13,028 nucleotides of DNA. It comes from Candidatus Thorarchaeota archaeon (GTDB taxonomy: Archaea > Asgardarchaeota > Thorarchaeia > Thorarchaeales > Thorarchaeaceae). The notes under the pieces were generated by a model. The model had not been told where the DNA came from. It did no database searches and saw nothing but the letters and a program-made list of their open reading frames with translations. The stretch lies in assembly GCA_016840855.1 (NCBI GenBank), contig JAEORO010000073.1:1-13028 (forward strand), written 5' to 3'. The translations under genes and the position numbers were made by a program. Below, one piece after another: positions 5,976 to 13,028 of this stretch; the first letter of the stretch is position 1, and every line of letters begins with the position of its first letter.

Positions 5976-8900
5976 TCATCGTCACCTCCTTTCCCGAGGA
6001 TGCTTTTCAGAAGCTCTTCTGCAAGCTCTCTTGGAAGTTCGCGCGTCTGGTCCATTATAGTTTCAAGTTCACTTCCTTTAATTCCTGCATCCGTTAGTCG
6101 TTTTCGTATCTCTTTCAGCTCATCATCGCTAAGCATATCGGTTGAAATAACTTCTTCAAATTCCACAGGCTCTGGAATCATTCTTTCTGGTTCTTTAACT
6201 TCCTCAGTTTCGATTTGTTCTTCAACTGGTTTTGGTGCTGTGATTTCTTCGATCTCTTCCCCAGCCAGTATAGCGCGTGCCTTGATTGCTGTTTCTTCCA
6301 AGATTAGTTCCATAGGCTTTCTTTCAATACGCCCTTGCTTGATTGCTTCTTGATTGATTACTTCCTTCACAAAATTCACTTGTTCACTCAATTTCATCTT
6401 TGAAACATCAAACTTGAAGTCTTCAAGTTCCTCAGGGGTTAGCTTTGTTAGAATTGATAATTGAACAAGTAACTCTTCTATTTCAGGAACAGCTGTAGTG
6501 ATAGCTTCACTTGGTATGCTAGAAGCTGTTTTTGTAATACCAATAGGTCCTGCAATATCATTGAATAAGTCTGCGACAATCTCTTGTCTACTAAGAACAT
6601 TCTCCGGAGGTTTAGGAATCTTCCCTTTACTGATAGTCTTTACCATTCCTCTTATTTCCCGCAGCCGCTTAGGCACGCTAAAGAGTCGAGACCATAACAG
6701 TGCTCCAGCTAACACTATTACACCAATTGGAAATCCGTAGATTATTACATTACCAATGAGTATATCAACATCTGAAGGTTCGACTGAAATATTGATGACT
6801 ATACTAGCAGAATCGTAATTTTCTTTTGATAGGATAATTGAGATAATAGTTGATCCCTGCGTCCATTGAGACCTCACCCTGATTTCATACCAGCCTGGTC
6901 TTGATGGATCTGATTGGTTGAACATCACTTTTACATGGCGGAGGTCTAGACTTGTCGCATTTATTGAACCTCCTGTTATTCCCACGGTGGCATGGCCTAT
7001 CCAATCATCATAATAGAATACCCAAATGCTGTAATATTGCCCGTAACTCAGAGTAAGAGAGGTCAGTCCGTCAACTTGGATATCAGTTGGTACATTGATG
7101 ATTGTAATTTGGAGCTTGATTGTGGCTCTGCTCCAGTTAGCGAGATAGAACCTTAGAACGACTTCATATGGTATTGAGCTTACCTGCCATCGTGTGGTGT
7201 CTATCATCAGGCTGTAGTTTCCAAATGCAAGTTCTTCTATAAGGAGATTATCTGCTTCCGGATCCCCAGGAACAAGAATCACGCCTGTCATCTCAGTTGC
7301 ACCAGAAATGCCCCTATTATACCAGGTGTCATTGTAGAACAAAACTAATGGAAGTATGTCACCATATGGCACTCTCAAATCTAGAACATCCTCATCAATC
7401 TGGTTCATTTCGGGTGCGAATACAGCGACACTTGTTGGTACTTCTTTCACAGTGAGTGTGAAGACACCAGTACCAGTCCTATAGTTATCCATGAGGAATC
7501 TGACTGAAACCGGGTAGATTCCTGGACTCACTAATGATGTGTTTATGAATATCTGATAGGTTCCGTTTGCATAATAATTGAATACACTCTCTTCACCATC
7601 CCAATCTACGACAACACTTGCACCGGCAATTCCTCTATCAAATAGAATATCCCAATACGTGAGATTGACCCAACCTGTCCAACCCCAAATTTTGGGGCCC
7701 AAATAGGTGGATTCGACTGATGTTTCAATTGGTTCAATAATGAGTGTAGTAAGATTGTTTGAATATGCAAACATCGCAATAATAGGGTAGGCAGTAATCC
7801 TGAGAGTGTACGTGGACGCATCATAGTTCCATGTTTCAAAATCGAAATAGAAGTATCCCGGTCCACCAATGGATGACCCATTTAGGAATTCACCTGTGAA
7901 AGGTGAACCTGAAAGTGACCATCGCACAATACAATTAGCTATACCGGTTGATAGTGGATATGACTCATTCAATGACGGTGCAAGAACATATACTCCAATT
8001 CGAATTGTGTCTGACCAATTGAAGGTTCGTGCGCTATACGTAGAAGTGAGGTCATCAAGGAGAAGGATTGTTTTTATTTGCAAGACCTTAATACTTGCGG
8101 AGGTTGCTACTGAAAGGTAATTGGTACCCTCAGCTCTTATAGTGACAACATAATCACTTACAGGGAGACTGCTTGTATCAATAAATCCTCCATAGTATCC
8201 ATTCTTGCCAGGAATTGGGGATAGTATCATTTCATGAAGGGTTACATAGAACCAAGAAACTTTGACTATAGCTCCTAGCAATGGTGTGTTACTGTAGGTG
8301 TTATTAACATAAACCGTAATATTCACGAAACTACCCTTGTAAACCTCCTGTTGAGCTTCACTAACCAGAATCAACGCAATCGGTAGTTTTAGGACATTCA
8401 CTATTACTTGTCTTGTAATAGTGACATAGTTCTTGAGGGTGGCTGTAATTGATACCACATAGGTTGTTGCTATTGCCAGATTTCCTGTATCAACAGTGAA
8501 GGAATAATTACCTGGATCTAATATTACTTCGGAAAGACTACCACTGAGAACTCCAAACTTATAGACAAGGCTAGCTCCCGATATGAGGATGTTATCTCGA
8601 GTATTATTGAAGATAGCCCAGAGTGCAATATCATCGCCCCAATAGACATCAGGAATGGTCTGAGGGAGTATGAGATTTGTAGGTATTGCTAGGATTTGAA
8701 CAGGCACAGAAATATCCGCGATGAAGTAATCACTCTTCTGAGCTCCAACTACAAGTGTGAAAAGGCCTGCATCTAAGCTCGTTGTTGTCAGATTTATCAT
8801 GTACTGGCCATTTCCAAGAGGTGTATAATCAGGCGTATAACCAATATCTGGCCATGTTATTATCAGAATTGCATCACTAATCGGCGTATTATTTGCATCA

Positions 8901-11900
8901 GTGTCAACAAGCTCTACTATGACATATGTGGCTTCTCCATAGAATGCATCTGGCGAAATAACTTCATCCAGTTCTCCTTGTCGAAGCCTGATTTGAAATG
9001 GAACCTGTATCTGTATCGTCTGGTAATCTGATAATGATAGAGTAATAATGAGGGCGTTTGTCCCTGTTACACCTGCATCAAAGCAATCTACAACCAATTC
9101 GTAAACTCCTTGTGAGATTGGAGTTATGCTCCATGATGCTGGTCCGGATTCGTTGGTCTTGTATACAACTGAGAATGAAGTTTCTGCACCACTTATTGGA
9201 ATGGAATGGTCTAAATCCTGAAGGTTCAAGACAACAGAAACATTATCATTTATTGGAACAGTTGATGGATTTGGTTCTTCATTCGTTAGCTGTGCCTGAA
9301 TTAATCTAACTGATCCCTGCAGAAAAATGGTTGTAGTATTTTTATAAAATGGTACCATGGTGGGGTTCCAAAGCAAGCGTAGGGAGAATGTGAAGGTGCC
9401 CGTACTGCCAAGACTTGTAGTATCGACAACAATTGAGTAATCACCAGCGTTCCGAAATATCCAGAAATTAACACCCTCAACAAGACCACTAGGACTAAGG
9501 CAATCAAATATGACAATTGCATCATTTATGCCAGCACCTGTTGAATCATCAACATATGTGAATTCGAGTGTCATATTATCGTGTATTGGAACAGTTGGAG
9601 TGGCACCACGTATTATGAGTCCAATTCTATTGACCACGGTCACCCAAGCTGATGCACGACCGTCAGAGTAGTATGGTGCTACACTCTCCTGCCAATCAAT
9701 ATAGAAAGTGATATTCCAATTACTGACCAACCCAATATTCAATACTGACGAGTTGATAGAAACCACATAGCTCGAAGATAGATAGCTCATCGAGAAGTCG
9801 CTGTTTTGTAAAAGGGTGCCTTTACTGTATATGAGCAATTGACCTTTGCTCAGCTGGATTGCTTTTCCATTCATTACATCACTATACCTGATTGTAAACG
9901 TGACATTCTCAAGGAATTTAACTAGAGTTGTCGAAGCTAAAATTTCAGTAAGGGACTCTCTTTGCGTAACACTGAGTGTCAGACTAATCGTAGACGTTGA
10001 GTAATAAGGTGCGTTTGATGTCCATGATGCACTGAACACAAGGTTAACAGATGTCCCGGCTGGTCCTAGTGCTGTTGTGTTGAGTGAAATATGATAGGTG
10101 CCTTGGGTTGGACTTTGCAATATATAATCCACGCCCTCAAGAAGATCCACTCCACCTACTGTTAGAGCAATGGAGGCTCCTGCAATTCCATTCAATGATA
10201 GTGAATCTTGATAATATGCTGTGAAATTGATGTTCTCAAGATATTGAGTAGGTTCTGGTGATACTGTCAGTTCCAAGTTAGTTGCTCGCTCTCTCAGAGT
10301 GAATGAAGCAAATGCATCCGCAGATAGATAGAATGGTGATGAGTCTGGGTAGCTTATCTCAATCCAGAGAACATATTCTCGATTTATTTCAAGTAATTGA
10401 TTATACGTTTGGATTGTAAGAAGATAATCTTCTGTAGAACCTCGCCATACTGAACTGAAGAGCCATGAACTTCCATTTAGGATTCGAATTGTTGTTGGTG
10501 TCGAAGTATTACCAATATCTACCAGCGATAATGCATCGCTATAGTGAAACACCACCTCAAGGGAGTTATTGTAGGGCGTATCCGTAACAGGCTCCACAAG
10601 AAGGACAGTTAATCTATACCGTAGATTGAGTGATCGGGTTGCGGTGACAATGGCGTAATAGAAGTGACTTGTACTCATTCTTACTGAGATAGAATATGTG
10701 CCAGGTCTACTGAAGTATGTTGTCTTTAATTCTATATCATACTCGCCATTTCCGAGGAATATGACTGAATATTCAGACACGGGGATTTCCAATGACCCGT
10801 TAAATAGAGTGACTGTTCCATCATTGATTGTTTGTGGTATTCCTAATGTAACATCAGTATATGTGACATGAAGAGTAACATTATCACCGTAAGATGTTGG
10901 ACTAATTGTCGAATAATCAAATTCTGTGTCACGGAACCTAACATTAATGATGACTATTCTACCAGTCACATTAGCATAATACGGGGACCCACTCCAACTC
11001 ACACTAATTGTGAACTGCCGGCTTCCTAGTGGTGATCCTAAGATACTTGTGTTGAAGGAAACATGGAATTGTTTTGTTGTTGTGTTATACGTAATTGAAT
11101 AATCTGGAAGTCCAATAGTAATATCCATCTGAGAACCAAGGGGTATTCTCTCAGTAGTGCTTTCTGCAACATCATCAAATGAGAAAGAGAAGGTTGCATT
11201 TACACCATAAGGAGTGCTTTCAGGTGGAATCAGATTGACCAATGTATTTCTCGGGATTATACGAACTGACACACTGTCAGTCCTGTTGTCATAACCTGGA
11301 TCAACCCCTTTGGACCAATTCACATATACAATCATGGCATAAATTCCAGGTTTCTCGAACATCGTGCTATTGAACTCAATCGAATAATAGCCCGGATTTC
11401 CACTATCCTCGGTTATTGTAAATAACGAGGGACTAAATGTATAGCCAATAAATTCAACATAAATGAACACATTTCCTGCTGGCGCAGATATATTCGAGAT
11501 GCCATTTCCACTGTAAAGCTCACTGTAGAGATAGGTGTATGTTAAGTTGTTGAGGTATGGTGTAGGTCCAGCTGAATCAATCAAACTAAGCTCTGAAGCT
11601 TCCCCTATTATCTTTACAAAAGCCTTGACTGAACCATCGTAGTACTTCTGTACAGGTCCCGTCCAGTTGAAATAGATAGTAAGCTCGAAGATTCCAGAAG
11701 GTCCCAAATTCGTGGCTGGAAATCTGATTATATAGTACCCATTTCCCAGAATAGTGTCATTTTCATAAGTTGATAGAATCCATCCCAATTCACCATATAC
11801 TGATAGATTAACAGGTGCATCAATTATTCCTGCATCATTATCGAGGTCTCCACAATATACCGATATGTTGACCATGGCATTATAGCTTGTAGGTTCGATA

Positions 11901-13027
11901 GCGCTCGCAAGTCTGAATTCGGTCAAGTGAGTCCTAAGAATGATGCTTATGTTGAAGTATCCAAATTGATAGTTTGGACCCTTTGAGAAGTTAAAGATAA
12001 CCAAGTAAGAACCTAATCCATCTATGTCTTCACTGGGCAGCTCTATTCTGTACTGGTCGCCAGTCCAACTAATACTTAATGGATATATCCAATTGTGACT
12101 GATTGTTGCTCCGAGAATTGGTTCATCGTGAGTGATATCCCAGTAGTCTGCGTAAAATACTGCAGTATCCCCAACTGGCAAATCGATGATAGACACAGAA
12201 GATCTAGCATATGCATATGCAATCTGGACGAGAATCTCGCAGGTCAATGTCTTTGCTTGATAACCACTTGCATCAGCTGTCAGGTTGACTTCGTGAGCAC
12301 CAAGATCCCATCCTTGTACAACTATGAGAACCTCATATATTCCACTCCCGATGTGCTCCCAAACAATCAATGCACCTTCTGAAGTTATTGCCCCAATAGT
12401 AATATTCTGACTATTATCAATATCAACATATGATAGTGTGATTGTAACATTCGTGTCAAAACTAGTCGCTACTGTTGGATAATTCGGAGATGAAAGATAG
12501 GTTAGTATTGGACGATATGTGAATGAGATTTGAGGACTATTGGTGTCAATGTAATTGTCTGTTGGTTGGAAATCGATGAAAATAATAATCTTGTACTGTC
12601 CCTCAAGAAATCTCGAGTTGTCAATGGTAATTTGATAGAGTCCATTTCCAAGATTTGCGAAACTCTCGAATGTGTAGAGCCCACCTGTTTCGTTTCTCGC
12701 ACTGAAATAGGTCTGATCAAGACTTGCAATTGGTGTACCATCTATTGGACTGCTTGGCTCACTAACATTAACATAAATAAATAATACAAAGTCATCTCCA
12801 TTTGGAAATGGCTCAAGAGGGTCCCAGCTCAAGTATACATTCAGTTTTCGTATCTCAAGCTGAATTATGATATAGGAATCCATATAGAATCTTGGAGAAG
12901 CTAATGCGCTAATTGTCACGTTTACTGTATATGATCCAACAGCCCATCCACTAGTATCCAGCCAAAAGCTAAAGGTAGCAAAACTTGTGCTTCCTGTCCC
13001 CCACTCTAGACCTACCTGACTCAGATT
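5972..13027 (-). CDS. Gene A: giant membrane-anchored surface glycoprotein/adhesin with tandem Ig-like repeats, C-terminal TM helix and long cytoplasmic tail (5'-partial, at least 2351 aa)
   Basis: The track gives a 2315-aa ORF at 5972..12919. I translated upstream of its GTG and the frame stays open to the window edge (NLSQVGLEWGTGSTSFATFSFWLDTSGWAVGSYTVN-VTISALASPRFY), so the GTG is an internal Val. The ectodomain is S/T/I/V/Y-rich with a recurring 'GnGxYxIxIdTs.l..GxYxixi' motif. It is followed by a hydrophobic stretch, a basic segment and a charged helical tail ending KGGDDE*, with TGA at 5974-5972. Confidence 0.95.
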   Translation of the reverse strand, partial: NLSQVGLEWGTGSTSFATFSFWLDTSGWAVGSYTVNVTISALASPRFYMDSYIIIQLEIRKLNVYLSWDPLEPFPNGDDFVLFIYVNVSEPSSPIDGTPIASLDQTYFSARNETGGLYTFESFANLGNGLYQITIDNSRFLEGQYKIIIFIDFQPTDNYIDTNSPQISFTYRPILTYLSSPNYPTVATSFDTNVTITLSYVDIDNSQNITIGAITSEGALIVWEHIGSGIYEVLIVVQGWDLGAHEVNLTADASGYQAKTLTCEILVQIAYAYARSSVSIIDLPVGDTAVFYADYWDITHDEPILGATISHNWIYPLSISWTGDQYRIELPSEDIDGLGSYLVIFNFSKGPNYQFGYFNISIILRTHLTEFRLASAIEPTSYNAMVNISVYCGDLDNDAGIIDAPVNLSVYGELGWILSTYENDTILGNGYYIIRFPATNLGPSGIFELTIYFNWTGPVQKYYDGSVKAFVKIIGEASELSLIDSAGPTPYLNNLTYTYLYSELYSGNGISNISAPAGNVFIYVEFIGYTFSPSLFTITEDSGNPGYYSIEFNSTMFEKPGIYAMIVYVNWSKGVDPGYDNRTDSVSVRIIPRNTLVNLIPPESTPYGVNATFSFSFDDVAESTTERIPLGSQMDITIGLPDYSITYNTTTKQFHVSFNTSILGSPLGSRQFTISVSWSGSPYYANVTGRIVIINVRFRDTEFDYSTISPTSYGDNVTLHVTYTDVTLGIPQTINDGTVTLFNGSLEIPVSEYSVIFLGNGEYDIELKTTYFSRPGTYSISVRMSTSHFYYAIVTATRSLNLRYRLTVLLVEPVTDTPYNNSLEVVFHYSDALSLVDIGNTSTPTTIRILNGSSWLFSSVWRGSTEDYLLTIQTYNQLLEINREYVLWIEISYPDSSPFYLSADAFASFTLRERATNLELTVSPEPTQYLENINFTAYYQDSLSLNGIAGASIALTVGGVDLLEGVDYILQSPTQGTYHISLNTTALGPAGTSVNLVFSASWTSNAPYYSTSTISLTLSVTQRESLTEILASTTLVKFLENVTFTIRYSDVMNGKAIQLSKGQLLIYSKGTLLQNSDFSMSYLSSSYVVSINSSVLNIGLVSNWNITFYIDWQESVAPYYSDGRASAWVTVVNRIGLIIRGATPTVPIHDNMTLEFTYVDDSTGAGINDAIVIFDCLSPSGLVEGVNFWIFRNAGDYSIVVDTTSLGSTGTFTFSLRLLWNPTMVPFYKNTTTIFLQGSVRLIQAQLTNEEPNPSTVPINDNVSVVLNLQDLDHSIPISGAETSFSVVYKTNESGPASWSITPISQGVYELVVDCFDAGVTGTNALIITLSLSDYQTIQIQVPFQIRLRQGELDEVISPDAFYGEATYVIVELVDTDANNTPISDAILIITWPDIGYTPDYTPLGNGQYMINLTTTSLDAGLFTLVVGAQKSDYFIADISVPVQILAIPTNLILPQTIPDVYWGDDIALWAIFNNTRDNILISGASLVYKFGVLSGSLSEVILDPGNYSFTVDTGNLAIATTYVVSITATLKNYVTITRQVIVNVLKLPIALILVSEAQQEVYKGSFVNITVYVNNTYSNTPLLGAIVKVSWFYVTLHEMILSPIPGKNGYYGGFIDTSSLPVSDYVVTIRAEGTNYLSVATSASIKVLQIKTILLLDDLTSTYSARTFNWSDTIRIGVYVLAPSLNESYPLSTGIANCIVRWSLSGSPFTGEFLNGSSIGGPGYFYFDFETWNYDASTYTLRITAYPIIAMFAYSNNLTTLIIEPIETSVESTYLGPKIWGWTGWVNLTYWDILFDRGIAGASVVVDWDGEESVFNYYANGTYQIFINTSLVSPGIYPVSVRFLMDNYRTGTGVFTLTVKEVPTSVAVFAPEMNQIDEDVLDLRVPYGDILPLVLFYNDTWYNRGISGATEMTGVILVPGDPEADNLLIEELAFGNYSLMIDTTRWQVSSIPYEVVLRFYLANWSRATIKLQITIINVPTDIQVDGLTSLTLSYGQYYSIWVFYYDDWIGHATVGITGGSINATSLDLRHVKVMFNQSDPSRPGWYEIRVRSQWTQGSTIISIILSKENYDSASIVINISVEPSDVDILIGNVIIYGFPIGVIVLAGALLWSRLFSVPKRLREIRGMVKTISKGKIPKPPENVLSRQEIVADLFNDIAGPIGITKTASSIPSEAITTAVPEIEELLVQLSILTKLTPEELEDFKFDVSKMKLSEQVNFVKEVINQEAIKQGRIERKPMELILEETAIKARAILAGEEIEEITAPKPVEEQIETEEVKEPERMIPEPVEFEEVISTDMLSDDELKEIRKRLTDAGIKGSELETIMDQTRELPRELAEELLKSILGKGGDDE
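5975..6691 (-). other. Gene A cytoplasmic tail (239 aa): basic juxtamembrane helix, helical module, acidic Pro/Glu linker, terminal helical module
   Basis: Composition switches abruptly from beta-rich S/T/Y/V to E/K/L-rich helical sequence after the TM, and the tail has no N-X-S/T sequons. Confidence 0.8.
5982..5989 (-). promoter_or_regulatory. Shine-Dalgarno sequence (GGAGGTGA) for gene B, embedded in the last codons of gene A
   Basis: The plus strand reads tcacctcc at 5982-5989, so the minus strand reads GGAGGTGA-CGATGA-ATG. This is full complementarity to the canonical 16S anti-SD with a 6-nt spacer. Confidence 0.88.
6692..6763 (-). other. Gene A single C-terminal transmembrane helix
   Basis: ILIGNVIIYGFPIGVIVLAGALLW is 24 aa with no charged residue. 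It is followed by the basic segment SRLFSVPKRLREIRGMVKTISKGKIPKPP, which fits the positive-inside rule. Confidence 0.9.
6773..13027 (-). repeat. Gene A stalk: about 19 complete plus 1 partial divergent ~100-115 aa Ig-like repeats (protein-level repeat)
   Basis: Units begin KLNVYL, PILTYL, IAYAYA, THLTEF, GEASEL, PRNTLV, FRDTEF, YRLTVL, ERATNL, QRESLT, NRIGLI, LIQAQL, LRQGEL, AIPTNL, KLPIAL, QIKTIL, PIETSV, EVPTSV and NVPTDI. They share the motif order T.L / PYG.nv / Y.D / I.GA / GnG.Y / dT..l..G.Y / nY. Confidence 0.82.
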
Positions 13028-13028
13028 C

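Noticed and set aside
5975-5992. Near-terminal GG (KGGDDE) as a ubiquitin-like conjugation motif
   Set aside because: There is no beta-grasp domain, and the GGD codons are accounted for by the overlapping Shine-Dalgarno of gene B.
5946-6353. 135-aa Ser/Ile-rich plus-strand ORF
   Set aside because: It is the antisense shadow of the Glu-rich tail of gene A: GAA/GAG-rich codons read as Ser/Phe/Leu-rich sequence on the other strand. It has no independent coding signal.
6692-6780. Archaeosortase PGF-CTERM or sortase LPxTG anchor in gene A
   Set aside because: No PGF or LPxTG motif precedes the TM (YGFP lies within the helix), and the 239-aa tail does not fit those short C-terminal signals.
12207-12220. 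14-bp palindrome/tandem GCATATGCATATGC
   Set aside because: It is explained by the AYAYA codons, and its length is within chance expectation for 13 kb.
6498-12784. Short track ORFs nested within gene A
   Set aside because: These are antisense or alternative-frame shadows of a long gene with clear domain structure.
12917-12919. GTG start assigned to the 2315-aa ORF
   Set aside because: It is an internal Val. The frame continues upstream, there is no SD or signal peptide, and it falls in the middle of a repeat.
1-13028. Diversity-generating retroelement, CRISPR array, phase-variation tract or mobile element
   Set aside because: I saw no reverse transcriptase, recombinase or transposase, no near-identical DNA repeat pairs or spacer arrays, no long homopolymer or SSR tracts, and there is no intergenic space.

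Overview
The whole window is coding on the minus strand and holds two giant, tandem, paralogous cell-surface protein genes, each cut by a window edge. Gene A (13027->5972, at least 2351 aa) has its start outside the window. It encodes about 19 complete divergent ~100-aa Ig-like beta-sandwich repeats, one C-terminal transmembrane helix and a 239-aa helical, acidic cytoplasmic tail. Gene B (5975->3, at least 1991 aa) has no stop in the window, which is probably why the supplied ORF track missed it. Its ATG overlaps the TGA of gene A (ATGA), 6 nt after a perfect GGAGGTGA Shine-Dalgarno. Gene B encodes a signal or anchor segment, a multi-module lectin-like head (jelly-roll, DNRLRE/CBM96-like, DUF2341, LamG/ConA-like) and then Ig-like repeats. 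The two visible parts overlap in homology and are collinear repeat for repeat, so together they reconstruct a ~3,800-aa receptor/adhesin-like architecture. Dense N-glycosylation sequons, the SD type and the tail style suggest an archaeon, most likely Asgard (Thorarchaeia-like); this is an inference from memory, not a search result. I see no RNA genes, mobile elements or CRISPR arrays. All the short ORFs in the track are shadows of the two genes.
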